A stretch of DNA of 64,000 bases from Lachnospiraceae bacterium (GCA_017615545.1 JAFZZY010000065.1:4759-68758); one strand, 5' to 3'; shown: positions 47,925-58,118, counted from the stretch's first letter. Program-made: numbers and translations. The notes: a model not told the origin generated them from the letters alone.

Positions 47925-49142
47925 ATGGACAGAGAAGCGTTAAACGAACAGCTCAGTCGCCTCGTGGAGATTGGCAAAAAGAAAAAAGGCACATTGGAAG
48001 TAAGCGATGTACTGGATTTTTTCAAAGACCAGGATATCTCTGACGAGATGGATTACATCATCAGTTACCTGGAGGACCACAAGATCGAAGTCTTTCAGGC
48101 GGACATCGTCGACGATGCCGGCTATCCGGAGGATGATTTCAAAGACGATTTTAAAGATGATTTCAAAGACAATTTCAAAGATGACTTCAAAGACGATTTC
48201 GCGGATGATTTCAAGGACGATTTCGATTTTGCGGGCGACGATGACGGGGAGATCGATGTCGAGGACATCAACTTAGACTCCATGGAACTGCTGGAAGGCG
48301 TCGGCACCGAAGATCCTGTCCGTATGTATCTGAAGGAGATCGGTTCTTTCGCACTGTTGACGAACGAAGAGGAGCGCATCCTCGCGGAGCGTAAGCAGAA
48401 CGGAACGGAAGAAGAGAAGGAAGAAGCAAAGAAACGTTTGATCGAGGCAAACCTGCGTCTGGTCGTAAGTATCGCAAAGCGTTACACCGGCCGCGGCATG
48501 AGCTTCCTGGATCTGGTCCAGGAGGGCAATATGGGCCTGATCAAAGGTGTTGAGAAGTTCGACTACTCAAAAGGATACAAACTTTCGACCTATGCGACCT
48601 GGTGGATCCGCCAGTCCGTTACACGTGCTCTGGCCGACCAGGCGAGAACCATCCGTGTACCTGTACACATGGTCGAGACCATCAATAAAATGTCGAAGAT
48701 GCAGCGTAAGCTGACGTTGGAACTGGGCTACGAGCCGAGCGTTTCCGAGCTTGCGGAAGCATTGGAGATGAGCGAGGAGAAGGTTTCCGAGATCATGCAG
48801 ATCGCGCGTGAACCTGCATCCCTCGAAACACCGATCGGTGAGGAGGACGACTCCAACCTGGGCGATTTCGTAGCGGATAACAACGCCGTTACCCCCGAGG
48901 GCAATGTCGAGACCGTCATGCTCAGAGAGCAGATCGACATGCTGCTTTCCGACCTGAAGGAAAGAGAGCGCCAGGTCATCATCCTCCGTTTCGGTCTGGA
49001 GGACGGCCATCCCCGTACACTCGAGGAGGTAGGCCAGGTATTCAACGTTACGCGTGAGCGTATCCGTCAGATCGAAGCAAAGGCGCTGCGTAAGCTGCGC
49101 AACCCGGTCCGTAGCAAGAGGATCAAAGATTTCTTACAGTAA
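47925..49142 (+). CDS. rpoD: RNA polymerase sigma-70 (group 1-like) factor
   Basis: Region 1.2 [11 protein letters not shown], region 2 [41 protein letters not shown], region 3 [10 protein letters not shown], and region 4 [28 protein letters not shown]. Confidence 0.92.
   Translation: MDREALNEQLSRLVEIGKKKKGTLEVSDVLDFFKDQDISDEMDYIISYLEDHKIEVFQADIVDDAGYPEDDFKDDFKDDFKDNFKDDFKDDFADDFKDDFDFAGDDDGEIDVEDINLDSMELLEGVGTEDPVRMYLKEIGSFALLTNEEERILAERKQNGTEEEKEEAKKRLIEANLRLVVSIAKRYTGRGMSFLDLVQEGNMGLIKGVEKFDYSKGYKLSTYATWWIRQSVTRALADQARTIRVPVHMVETINKMSKMQRKLTLELGYEPSVSELAEALEMSEEKVSEIMQIAREPASLETPIGEEDDSNLGDFVADNNAVTPEGNVETVMLREQIDMLLSDLKERERQVIILRFGLEDGHPRTLEEVGQVFNVTRERIRQIEAKALRKLRNPVRSKRIKDFLQ
48132..48227 (+). 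repeat. Eight in-frame 12-bp tandem units encoding (D-D-F-K)n inside rpoD
   Basis: gatgatttcaaa-type units: [32 protein letters not shown], lying between regions 1.1 and 1.2. Confidence 0.9.
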
Positions 49143-49220
49143 ATACACCGAACGAGACCCGATGCGCACCGCTTTCGCGGAAGATGCGTGTCGGGTGTTT
49201 CGGGTTTAATAGAAAGCATT

Positions 49221-49886
49221 ATGCAGACGCAGAAAGTTAACTATCAAATTCTTTTGGATCGGACATTGCAGGAGATCGAAGCAGGCGGCAGCGTACCGCG
49301 GCTCTTGCTTCACAGTTGTTGTGCGCCTTGCAGCAGCTATGTTCTGGAATATCTGTCCCGCTATTTCGAGATCACGGTGTTTTACTACAATCCGAACATC
49401 GAGAGTGAAGCGGAATTTGAGAAACGGTATCACGAACTGACACGTCTCGTGTCGGAGATGCCCGCCGCGCATCCGATCACGGTCATTCGCGGAACGTATG
49501 AGCCGGAGCGCTTCTACGAGGAAGTCGCCCGCGGTTACGAGAAGGTTCCCGAAGGCGGAGAGCGGTGTTTCCGTTGCTATCGCCAACGACTGACCGAGGC
49601 CGCGGCATTGGCCGCAGAAGGACAGTTTGATTATTTCACGACCACCCTGTCCATCAGCCCGCTGAAGAACGCGCAGGTCCTGAACGAGATCGGAAAGGAA
49701 CTGGCAGAGATCTACGGCGTAGGCTATCTGTTCAGCGATTTCAAGAAGAAGGGTGGATACCAGCGTTCTATCGAACTGTCGGCGATCTACTCGCTGTACC
49801 GTCAGAACTACTGCGGATGCATCTACTCCAAACGGGAGCAGGAGAAGAAAGGAGAGGCTGTTTTAAACAGCGAAGAGGAAACATGA
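49221..49886 (+). CDS. queH: Epoxyqueuosine reductase QueH (DUF208 family)
   Basis: [18 protein letters not shown] and CFRCYRQRL cysteine motifs. ATG at 49221 is preferred over the longer ORF-track start. Confidence 0.85.
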   Translation: MQTQKVNYQILLDRTLQEIEAGGSVPRLLLHSCCAPCSSYVLEYLSRYFEITVFYYNPNIESEAEFEKRYHELTRLVSEMPAAHPITVIRGTYEPERFYEEVARGYEKVPEGGERCFRCYRQRLTEAAALAAEGQFDYFTTTLSISPLKNAQVLNEIGKELAEIYGVGYLFSDFKKKGGYQRSIELSAIYSLYRQNYCGCIYSKREQEKKGEAVLNSEEET

Positions 49887-51076
49887 AGATCTTAGTTATC
49901 AATTGTGGAAGTTCATCACTTAAGTATCAGCTGATCGATATGGAGACCGAAGAGGTTATCGCAAAGGGTCTCTGTGAACGTATCGGCATCGACGGCCATC
50001 TGGTCCACAAGCCGGAGGGTAAGCCCGTCCTGGATAAAAACGTAGACATGCCGGACCACACGGTTGCGGTATCCCTGGTCCTGAGCGCATTGACCGATCC
50101 GGTCAGCGGCGTGATCGGTTCTCTGTCCGAGATCTCGGCAGTCGGTCACCGTATCGTGCATGGCGGCGAGAAGTTCGCCGATGCAGTCGTTCTGAACGAC
50201 GAGGTCATCGCAGCGATCGAGAAGTGCAACGACCTGGCGCCTCTGCACAACCCTGCAAACATCATCGGTATCCGTTCCTGCCAGAAACTGATGCCGAACG
50301 CTCCGATGGTCGGCGTATTCGATACCGCTTTCCATCAGACCATGCCCGAGAAGGCATATCTCTACGCTCTACCGTATGAGTACTATGAGAAATATAAGGT
50401 TCGCCGCTACGGTTTCCACGGAACCAGCCACAGCTTCGTAAGCAAGCGCGCGGCACAGTTCCTGAACATCCCGCTGGCGGATTCGAAGATCATCGTTTGC
50501 CATCTGGGCAATGGTTCCTCCATCTGTGCAGTTGACGGCGGCAAGTCCATCGATACTTCCATGGGCCTTACACCGCTCGAAGGTGTGGCAATGGGTACCC
50601 GCAGCGGCGCGATCGACCCTGCGATCATCGAGTTCATCGCTGAACATGAGCACATGGACCTGGCACAGGTCATGAACGTCCTCAACAAAAAGTCCGGTGT
50701 ATACGGCGTTTCCGGCGTATCCAGCGACTTCCGTGATCTGGCGGCAGCTGCCGAAGCAGGCGACCATCGCGCGCAGATCGCATTGGACGTATTCGAATAT
50801 CAGGTAGCAAAATACATCGGTTCCTACGCAGTCGCTCTCGGAAGACTCGACGCGATCGTATTTACGGCAGGTATCGGTGAGAACAATATCTCCGCACGTG
50901 AGCACATCTGCAAGTATCTTTCGATCCTGGGTGTGAAGCTCGACGCGCAGAAGAACAACATCCGCGGCCAGGAGGCAGTCCTTTCCGCTGATGATTCCAA
51001 GGTAAAAGTACTGCTCATCCCGACCAATGAAGAGCTGGCGATCGCTCGTCAGACGAAGGAACTGGTCGAAGGTTGA
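49883..51076 (+). CDS. ackA: Acetate kinase
   Basis: [31 protein letters not shown] and TAGIGEN motifs. ATGA overlap with queH. Confidence 0.95.
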   Translation: MKILVINCGSSSLKYQLIDMETEEVIAKGLCERIGIDGHLVHKPEGKPVLDKNVDMPDHTVAVSLVLSALTDPVSGVIGSLSEISAVGHRIVHGGEKFADAVVLNDEVIAAIEKCNDLAPLHNPANIIGIRSCQKLMPNAPMVGVFDTAFHQTMPEKAYLYALPYEYYEKYKVRRYGFHGTSHSFVSKRAAQFLNIPLADSKIIVCHLGNGSSICAVDGGKSIDTSMGLTPLEGVAMGTRSGAIDPAIIEFIAEHEHMDLAQVMNVLNKKSGVYGVSGVSSDFRDLAAAAEAGDHRAQIALDVFEYQVAKYIGSYAVALGRLDAIVFTAGIGENNISAREHICKYLSILGVKLDAQKNNIRGQEAVLSADDSKVKVLLIPTNEELAIARQTKELVEG

Positions 51077-51148
51077 GCCCCGAAAAAGATTTTCCTGTAA
51101 GGTTTAAGTGAGGTGCGCATCGCGGACCCTGCAACGTGAGAGATTGGC

Positions 51149-52465
51149 ATGCAAAAGAAATTAACCAAAAAAATACTGTTTATACTGCTGATGCCGATGG
51201 TCATGATGACCATCGTTGTTGGCGTGGTTTTTGCGATCGCCGAACGTGACCAACAGGAAAAAGCGATCTGGGATCAGTTGAATTCCGTTTCCCGGGCTGC
51301 CCTTGAGATCTATAAGGTGCAGGTCAACGGATGGAATGAAGTGGAGGATCCCAAGGACCTCGATGCGTCCAACCTGCATTATCTGCAGACTATTTCGCAG
51401 AGCGCGCAGTTGGACATATCGATCTACATTGGCCGTAAATGTGTTGCCAGCACGATCGGAGTAACGGATTTCCAGGTAAGCGAACTGTTCACAGATGAGG
51501 GAAAGATCAAACAGAGCCGTGCACTCGTTGCGGCGGGCGAGAAACTGCCGGATCTCACCGATGAGGTGGCCGTCCCGGTCCTCGGTAAGGGCATAAGCTA
51601 TCAGGATTCCGACCAGAAGATCGGTGAGAAGTATTACTACATGACGTATCTTCCGATCCAGAGCCTGACGAATAAAAATCTCGGTGCGGTCGGCGTCGGC
51701 ATTTCGGCGCGTAAGGTGCATCTGAGGCTTTGGAAGTACATCGGACGGAGTTTCTTCCTGGCCCTGATCTTCATGATCCTGTTTGGTCTGATCGTTGTAA
51801 GCTACACGGGACGCCTGTCGGACGATATCAACTCGATCTCCAAATACATGAACTACCTGACGAAAGAAGATTTCACGCATCAGCTTCCCGAAGAGGTCCT
51901 GAGGCGCGATGATGAGGTCGGCGAGCTCGGTGAGTACAGCACGAAGATGGGGGCGGCGCTGAACAACTTGATCCGGAATGACCAGCTGACCGGCATCCTG
52001 AACCGGCGCGCCGGTCAGAACCAGTTGAGCCGCATGATCTCGAAGGCGAACACCGAAGATACTCGGGAGATCCCGCTTTGCGTCGGCATGGCGGACGTTG
52101 ACTTCTTTAAGAAGGTCAATGATACCTACGGCCACGCGACCGGTGATGAGGTTCTCAAGAAGGCGACGCAGATCATGCAGAAGCATCTGGGAGAGGACGG
52201 TTTCGTCTGTCGATGGGGCGGCGAAGAGTTTTTGATGGCGGCCAACGTCTCGAAGGAAGTCATGCGCGGGCTCATGCAAGATATGCTTGACGAACTTCGG
52301 GCGACGGAGTTTACTTGTGATTTCAAGACGTTCCGCGTTACCATGACGATGGGAATGACGCAGTATCATTCGCCGGATCGTCTGGAGACCTGCGTGGAGA
52401 TCGCGGATCGCATGTTGTATAACGGAAAACAAAACGGAAGAAATCAGATCGTGGTAGCGAGCTGA
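51149..52465 (+). CDS. Diguanylate cyclase with N-terminal periplasmic sensor, TM and HAMP-like linker
   Basis: Two TM helices flank a ~170-aa extracytoplasmic region. The C-terminal GGDEF domain has DQLTGILNRR and an intact RWGGEEFLM active site. Confidence 0.85.
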   Translation: MQKKLTKKILFILLMPMVMMTIVVGVVFAIAERDQQEKAIWDQLNSVSRAALEIYKVQVNGWNEVEDPKDLDASNLHYLQTISQSAQLDISIYIGRKCVASTIGVTDFQVSELFTDEGKIKQSRALVAAGEKLPDLTDEVAVPVLGKGISYQDSDQKIGEKYYYMTYLPIQSLTNKNLGAVGVGISARKVHLRLWKYIGRSFFLALIFMILFGLIVVSYTGRLSDDINSISKYMNYLTKEDFTHQLPEEVLRRDDEVGELGEYSTKMGAALNNLIRNDQLTGILNRRAGQNQLSRMISKANTEDTREIPLCVGMADVDFFKKVNDTYGHATGDEVLKKATQIMQKHLGEDGFVCRWGGEEFLMAANVSKEVMRGLMQDMLDELRATEFTCDFKTFRVTMTMGMTQYHSPDRLETCVEIADRMLYNGKQNGRNQIVVAS

Positions 52466-52490
52466 TCCGCCACATCAGAAGGATAGAAAA

Positions 52491-53111
52491 ATGAGAGATT
52501 ATACCGTAGAACGTTTTTTAGATGAATTGTCCTCGAAGGCTGCCGTGCCCGGAGGCGGCGGTGCGTCCGCCCTGGCCGGAGCGCTCGGCGCGGCCCTTGG
52601 AAACATGGTCTGCTATCTGACCATCGGAAAGAAGAAATATGCGGATGTCGAAGCGGAAGTGCTCGAGATCTGCGAAAAGGGTGAGGATCTTCGCATGAAG
52701 CTCACCGAGCTCGTCGAGGAGGACGCGGTGGCGTTCGAGCCGCTGTCGAAGGCCTACGGCCTGCCGAAGAACACCGACGAGGAGAAGGCCTACCGTGACG
52801 AAGTCATGGAGAAAGCGCTTCTGGCAGCGGGCAATGTCCCTCTTTCGATCTGCCGCACGGTCTGCGAAGTGATCGATCTTTTGGACCGCCTCGCGGACAT
52901 CGGAAGCCGCCTTGCCATCTCGGATGTCGGTTGCGCTGCTTTGTTCTGCAAGACGGCGCTGCAGGGCGGAGCATTGAACGTGAAGATCAATACAAAGCTT
53001 ATGAAAGACCGCGCAGTCGCGGAAGAAATGGACAGTGAATTGGTGAAGCTCCTCGGCGAGTATGCGCCGAAGGCAGAGAGCATTTACGAAAGGGTAATGG
53101 GAAGCCTATGA
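52491..53111 (+). CDS. Cyclodeaminase/cyclohydrolase family protein (FTCD C-terminal-like)
   Basis: FLDELSSKAAVPGGGGASALAGALGAALGNMV motif typical of formiminotetrahydrofolate cyclodeaminase / methenyl-THF cyclohydrolase-like proteins. Confidence 0.8.
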   Translation: MRDYTVERFLDELSSKAAVPGGGGASALAGALGAALGNMVCYLTIGKKKYADVEAEVLEICEKGEDLRMKLTELVEEDAVAFEPLSKAYGLPKNTDEEKAYRDEVMEKALLAAGNVPLSICRTVCEVIDLLDRLADIGSRLAISDVGCAALFCKTALQGGALNVKINTKLMKDRAVAEEMDSELVKLLGEYAPKAESIYERVMGSL

Positions 53112-54415
53112 TACGAATGCCGGATGTGATCACAAAGAAGAAGAACGGAAAGAAACTGACGAACGAAGAGATCGATTTCGTGGTAAATGGTTATGTTGCG
53201 GGCGAGATCCCGGACTACCAGATGTCCGCGTTTTTGATGGCGGTCTGCTTTTGCGGCATGACGAAGGCCGAAGTCTCGCATCTGACGAAGGCGATGGCGG
53301 CTTCGGGCGATCAGGTCGATCTTCGCACGATCCCCGGTTTTAAGGCAGATAAACACAGCACCGGCGGCGTCGGCGATAAGACGACCCTCATCGTGGCACC
53401 GCTCGTGGCATCGCTGGGCGTAAAGGTCGCGAAGATGAGCGGCCGCGGCCTGGGGCACACCGGCGGCACCATCGACAAACTCGAGTCAATTCCCGGTTTT
53501 TCCACAGCACTCACCACGGACCGCTTTTTGGAGCAGGTGCGTGACATCGGGATCGCGATCGCCGGACAGACCGGCAATCTGGTTCCCGCAGATAAAAAAA
53601 TGTATGCGCTTCGCGATGTGACTTCGACGGTGGATTCCATTCCGCTGATCGCGTCCTCCATCATGAGTAAGAAACTTGCGGCGGGCAGCAACGGCATTGT
53701 CCTCGATGTCAAGTGCGGCAGCGGCGCGTTTATGAAGGATCGCAAGTCGGCGCTGGAACTGGCGCGCGTGATGGTCGATATCGGAAAGGCAGCCGGCCGC
53801 AAGGTTTCGGCCCTGGTCACCGATATGGACGTTCCGCTCGGTTATGCCGTGGGCAATAGTCTCGAGGTCCTGGAAGCTATCGATACGCTTTCCGGACGCG
53901 GACCCGCAGACCTGCGTACGTTGTGCCTGGAACTGGCAGCGCATATGCTTTCGCTGGCCGGACAGGGCAGTGTGGATGCATGTCGTGCGCGTGCGGCCGA
54001 AGCACTGGCAAACGGATCGGCGTTGGAGACATTCGGTAAGCTGATCGCTGCCCAGGGCGGCGACGCTTCGGTCATCAAGAACCCGAAGAAGCTGCCGGTA
54101 GCGAAGTACAGCAAGAAACTGGTGAGCGACGTATCCGGCTATGTCAGCCGCATGGATACCGAGCAGGTCGGCATCGCAGCCTCGCTTCTCGGAGCGGGAC
54201 GCATGACGAAAGAGGATGTCATTGACCTCGGAGCGGGTCTGGTTTTGCAGAAGAAGACCGGAGATCGCGTCGAAAAGGGCGAGACATTGGCCGTGTTGTA
54301 TGCATCCGAACAGGGAGAACGCATGGCGGCGGCCCTCGATTGCCTGCGAAAAGCGTACCATTTCAGTGAAAAATCACAAAATAATCAGAAATTAATCTAC
54401 GATTCCGTTGAATAG
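53108..54415 (+). CDS. pdp: Pyrimidine-nucleoside (thymidine) phosphorylase
   Basis: IPDYQMSAFLMAV, DKHSTGGVGDKT and SGRGLGHTGGTIDKLE motifs. ATGA overlap with the upstream gene. Confidence 0.93.
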   Translation: MIRMPDVITKKKNGKKLTNEEIDFVVNGYVAGEIPDYQMSAFLMAVCFCGMTKAEVSHLTKAMAASGDQVDLRTIPGFKADKHSTGGVGDKTTLIVAPLVASLGVKVAKMSGRGLGHTGGTIDKLESIPGFSTALTTDRFLEQVRDIGIAIAGQTGNLVPADKKMYALRDVTSTVDSIPLIASSIMSKKLAAGSNGIVLDVKCGSGAFMKDRKSALELARVMVDIGKAAGRKVSALVTDMDVPLGYAVGNSLEVLEAIDTLSGRGPADLRTLCLELAAHMLSLAGQGSVDACRARAAEALANGSALETFGKLIAAQGGDASVIKNPKKLPVAKYSKKLVSDVSGYVSRMDTEQVGIAASLLGAGRMTKEDVIDLGAGLVLQKKTGDRVEKGETLAVLYASEQGERMAAALDCLRKAYHFSEKSQNNQKLIYDSVE

Positions 54416-54501
54416 AGGGAGAGAAACTAAGAAAATAACTCATCTAAACCGCATTTATAATACAAACTCGAGAATTTTAGAAAGTTTTTAGAAAAAAGTG
54501 C

Positions 54502-54530
54502 TTGCAATTTTCGAGTAAACAGTATATTAT
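54502..54530 (+). promoter_or_regulatory. Putative sigma-A promoter ahead of a ~260-nt leader to the second sigma gene
   Basis: TTGCAA (54502-54507), 17 nt, TATTAT (54525-54530). Confidence 0.5.
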
Positions 54531-54790
54531 TAAGTTAAGTAAAGACCATCATTGAATAGAGCCTGGGGTGTTCGACAAGCTTGCATTTTTGAACCTACAT
54601 GTTGACATACGGGATTCCTATATCGCCAGGTGGATGACAGGCCTCCGTAGTAGTGGAAGTCAGAAGTCTGGTTGCGGAAACCCACCTAGCTGGGGCTAGG
54701 AGTCAAAAAGCAAGAAACGGCATTCCGGGTTCTATTTGACCCCAAAAACGGGAAAAGGGTCACGATCCTATGCGGAAAGGAGATGAGGGT

Positions 54791-55903
54791 ATGAGCAGTA
54801 AAAACGGAAATATCGACGTTCTGATCGCGATCGCGAAAGAGAACGATAACTGCATCGACATGGACACAGTTACCATGATGTATGACAGAAAGCCCGTCGG
54901 GGCTGAGAAAGCAGAGATCGAAAAAGAGTTGAGCAAGGCAGGCATCGTCCTGATGGATGACGAAGACCTGCAGCTCGATGCGGAAGTTGATTTCGAATCG
55001 TTCGAGAATGAAGATCTTGAGGAGATCTACACCGAAGATCCCGAGAATATGTTGACGATCGATCCGGAGTATGCAGCAGACAGCATCCGCATGTATTTGC
55101 GGGAGATCGGCCGTATCCCTCTCCTCTCCAAAGAGGAAGAGATCGAAATGGCAAAACGTGTAATGGAAGGCGATGAAGAAGCAAAACAGCGTTTGATCAA
55201 TGCCAACCTTCGACTCGTGGTCAATGTGGCCAAACATTACGTACACGGCAGCAATATGGCATTACTGGATCTGATCCAGGAGGGTAGCATCGGCCTCATC
55301 CGCGCCGTGGAAAAATTCGACTACACTAAGGGCTTTAAATTCAGCACGTATGCGACCTGGTGGATCCGGCAAGCGATCATCCGGGCTATCGCAGACCAGT
55401 CCCGCATCATCCGGCTTCCCGTGCACATCCGCGAGTTATTACACCGCATGTCACGTGTCACGTCGACGTTTGTGAGCCAGAACGGCAGGGAACCCACCGA
55501 TGAAGAACTGGCCGCGCTGTTAAACATCACGCAGGATCGCCTGGCAAACCTTCAGGCGCTGTGTGGTGACGCGGTGTCATTGGACACCCCGGTCGGCGAC
55601 GAAGAGGACTCCGTCCTTCAGGAATTTGTGCCTGACGAGAAGTCGAAAGATCAGGACAATGTCATCGCGACAGGAATGCTTCGTGACGACATCATCGATG
55701 CTTTGAAGATATTGAGCGAACGCGAGCAGGCGATCCTGCTTCTCCGGTACGGTATTACCGACGGACGCATGTGGACGCTCGAAGAATTGGGGGATCTGCT
55801 TCACATCACGCGTGAGCGTGTTCGGCAGATCGAGATGCGGGCTTTCCGCAGGTTGCGCGCCAGCAAGGATATGCGAAACTTACGGATCTACCTCGAAGAT
55901 TAG
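54791..55903 (+). CDS. Second sigma-70 family factor with group-1-like regions 1.2-4
   Basis: [11 protein letters not shown] (1.2), [41 protein letters not shown] (2), [10 protein letters not shown] (3), [28 protein letters not shown] (4). ATG at 54791 follows GGAGATGAGG. Confidence 0.88.
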   Translation: MSSKNGNIDVLIAIAKENDNCIDMDTVTMMYDRKPVGAEKAEIEKELSKAGIVLMDDEDLQLDAEVDFESFENEDLEEIYTEDPENMLTIDPEYAADSIRMYLREIGRIPLLSKEEEIEMAKRVMEGDEEAKQRLINANLRLVVNVAKHYVHGSNMALLDLIQEGSIGLIRAVEKFDYTKGFKFSTYATWWIRQAIIRAIADQSRIIRLPVHIRELLHRMSRVTSTFVSQNGREPTDEELAALLNITQDRLANLQALCGDAVSLDTPVGDEEDSVLQEFVPDEKSKDQDNVIATGMLRDDIIDALKILSEREQAILLLRYGITDGRMWTLEELGDLLHITRERVRQIEMRAFRRLRASKDMRNLRIYLED

Positions 55904-55937
55904 TCCGCCGGAATGTCATATAGGACATTCCCATATA

Positions 55938-55968
55938 GGCGCCGGTCAGATGCCGGCGCCGTTTTTTT
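55938..55968 (+). terminator. Intrinsic terminator after the second sigma gene
   Basis: ggcgccgg / ccggcgcc stem followed by gttttttt. Confidence 0.85.
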
Positions 55969-55988
55969 GTACCCGTGTAAAAAAATGC

Positions 55989-56017
55989 TTGACGGTTTTG
56001 AAACCGCATGGTATAGT
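55989..56017 (+). promoter_or_regulatory. Strong sigma-A promoter of a small-ORF transcription unit
   Basis: TTGACG (55989-55994), 17 nt, TGgTATAGT (56009-56017). Confidence 0.65.
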
Positions 56018-56072
56018 GTAGGCGTTCACGTAACGAAAATATTTGATTCAATTCGTAAAGGAGGTAATTGAC

Positions 56073-56135
56073 ATGAAGGGCTTTAATACAGTGAGCAAAC
56101 GAAATATCGAAACATTACCTCGGGAATTGAACTAA
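56073..56135 (+). CDS. 20-codon small ORF (MKGFNTVSKRNIETLPRELN)
   Basis: AAAGGAGG RBS lies 7 nt before the ATG at 56073, and the TAA stop is at 56133. The unit has its own promoter and terminator. It is below the ORF-track size cut-off and I recognise no homology. Confidence 0.4.
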   Translation: MKGFNTVSKRNIETLPRELN

Positions 56136-56194
56136 GTGATAGATGCTGATATTGCGATAGTTCCATAGCAGGCGGGACCGTCCGCCTTACATTT

Positions 56195-56222
56195 CCGTGG
56201 CAGTTTGTCACGGTATTTTTTT
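56195..56222 (+). terminator. Intrinsic terminator after the small ORF
   Basis: ccgtggc-agttt-gtcacgg (7-bp stem with one G-U) followed by tattttttt. Confidence 0.7.
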
Positions 56223-56318
56223 GCCCTAAATTCGTTGGACACATACGTAACTTAAGACGACGACAGGTCGTTTATGACCTGTCAGGAGTAGACAACGAAA
56301 GGTTAAAAGGGTGAAAAC

Positions 56319-58118
56319 TTGATACGATTAAAAAGTATTATTTGGTCCATGGGACAGGAAACCAAAGAATGGAGAGGAATGTATGCCGGACTGGCCGTGG
56401 GTCCGGACGGCATAGACATCAACGATCCGACGTACTGGTCGGGCGATCTGTCGTTCACGATCGAGAAGACTAACCGGGAGCTATACGACCGGCCGACGTT
56501 TTTGTGTATGATCCCGGCAGAGTGTCTGGGGATCGACAACTTCAGCACGGCGGTCGCGGATGATTGCTATCGGCAGTTTATCCCGTATCTGGAGGAACTG
56601 AACGACGAACTGTATAACCGGCATAAAACGAGGGAGGAAACAGGCTGGTATTATACCGCGCATCCGGCCGGGGAGATCCTTAAGAGGAATTCAGCGTATT
56701 TTGAGAGGCGCTGCCGAAAAAGTTATCGGAATGTCGGCGGCTGCGCGCTTGTGTTTTACCGCGCCGGAGAAGTCGGCGATCCGCAGATGTGCCTGTGTAT
56801 GCGCATCCAGGTGCAATTGAAGAAAAATGATAAGAAAAAGTCATTTCGGCTGATCGAAAACATCCCGCTGGCGATCCGTTCGTTCATCAAGGGATTTGAT
56901 CGTGAGAGAAGCCGGAAGGTGGGCGAGCTCGCCGAAAAACAGAAGGCCCTGCGTGCGTGGTTAGCGGACAGTGAGTATGTTTCGTTCATCGCAAACGGAA
57001 GCATCCTCCCGAGAAATTCGAAGACGGGAATGGCGCTCGAAGGTGCCGTGCCGTTTCAGGCACCAGCGGAGGAAGAAATCGAGGCCTGCGGAATCCGCGG
57101 CCTGGGCATCAAAAAGGGGGTAACCATCATCACCGGCGGCGGTTATTCCGGAAAATCGACGGTCCTGGACACGATATCGGCCGGGATCTATGACCACGTC
57201 CTCGGGGATGGCCGGGAACTGTGCGTGACCGATTCATTGGCCATGTCGATCTCCGCGGAGGACGGACGAAGTGTAATGGCACTGGACATCTCACCGTTCA
57301 TCTCATGGATCCCCGGCGGCGACCCCGCGGAATTCCGGACGGAGCATGCTTCGGGTTCCACCTCGCAGGCGGCGAACATCTTAGAAGCCATCCACGGAGG
57401 CAGCAAGCTGTTGCTGATCGATGAGGACCGGAGTGCGACCAACTTTATGATCCGCGACGCGTTGATGAAGGATCTGATCCAGAGGGAGCCCATCACGCCG
57501 TTTACCGAGCGAGTCAATGAACTTTATACTTCCCTCGGCGTTTCGACGATCCTGGTCATCGGCGGCAGCGGTGAATATCTGGCAGTTGCTGACCAGGTCT
57601 ATCTGATGGATGAGTACCGGATCTACAACGTGACGGAGAGGGCAAAAGAGATCTATGCGGTACACAATAACGGCGAGATCAAGGCGTCCGAGGTGCCGAA
57701 GATCGAAGACTGGAGCCAGGATCGCATCCTGAGGACGAAGGGCTTTACGCCGTATCCGAAGGTATTCGGCCCCGAAAAACTGGAGATCCCGGACATCGGT
57801 TTTATCATCATCGGTGATGAGAAGATCGACACGAACCCCATTCATGACATCGTCTGTCATGACCAGAGAACGGCGATCGGTTTTATGATCCGTCGTCTGG
57901 AGAACAAACACGGAGGCGACTTGTTTTCGGATCCTGACCGGGAGACGATCGATCTGGAGGCGGAGCTGGATGCTTTGTACGCGGAGATCGAAGAGAAGGG
58001 GCTGGATGTCGTTTATTCCGAACTCTTCCCGGGCTGTGACCGTTATCTGGCCTTTCCGAGAAGGCTGGATCTGCTGGCGGTCATCAACCGCATGCGGAGA
58101 GTAGAGTACACCAAATGA
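56319..58118 (+). CDS. Uncharacterised 'predicted ATPase of the ABC class' family protein
   Basis: Walker A ITGGGYSGKSTVL and Walker B LLLIDEDRSATNFMIRD, plus the GGSGEY block, as in the stand-alone ABC_ATPase family. The start is uncertain: TTG 56319, or ATG 56379 preceded by GGAGAGG. Confidence 0.7.
   Translation: MIRLKSIIWSMGQETKEWRGMYAGLAVGPDGIDINDPTYWSGDLSFTIEKTNRELYDRPTFLCMIPAECLGIDNFSTAVADDCYRQFIPYLEELNDELYNRHKTREETGWYYTAHPAGEILKRNSAYFERRCRKSYRNVGGCALVFYRAGEVGDPQMCLCMRIQVQLKKNDKKKSFRLIENIPLAIRSFIKGFDRERSRKVGELAEKQKALRAWLADSEYVSFIANGSILPRNSKTGMALEGAVPFQAPAEEEIEACGIRGLGIKKGVTIITGGGYSGKSTVLDTISAGIYDHVLGDGRELCVTDSLAMSISAEDGRSVMALDISPFISWIPGGDPAEFRTEHASGSTSQAANILEAIHGGSKLLLIDEDRSATNFMIRDALMKDLIQREPITPFTERVNELYTSLGVSTILVIGGSGEYLAVADQVYLMDEYRIYNVTERAKEIYAVHNNGEIKASEVPKIEDWSQDRILRTKGFTPYPKVFGPEKLEIPDIGFIIIGDEKIDTNPIHDIVCHDQRTAIGFMIRRLENKHGGDLFSDPDRETIDLEAELDALYAEIEEKGLDVVYSELFPGCDRYLAFPRRLDLLAVINRMRRVEYTK

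Noticed and set aside
54531-54790. The leader of the second sigma gene as a known riboswitch (c-di-GMP, guanidine, ZTP, preQ1, THF) or 6S/SRP RNA.
   Set aside because: None of the conserved cores I can recall for these classes is present. It is kept only as an unclassified structured leader.
56073-56318. The small ORF as a ribosome-stalling leader peptide of an antibiotic-resistance ABC-F gene.
   Set aside because: The downstream protein has a single Walker A/B set and is not ABC-F-like. I found no antiterminator segment complementary to the 5' arm of the 56195-56222 terminator.
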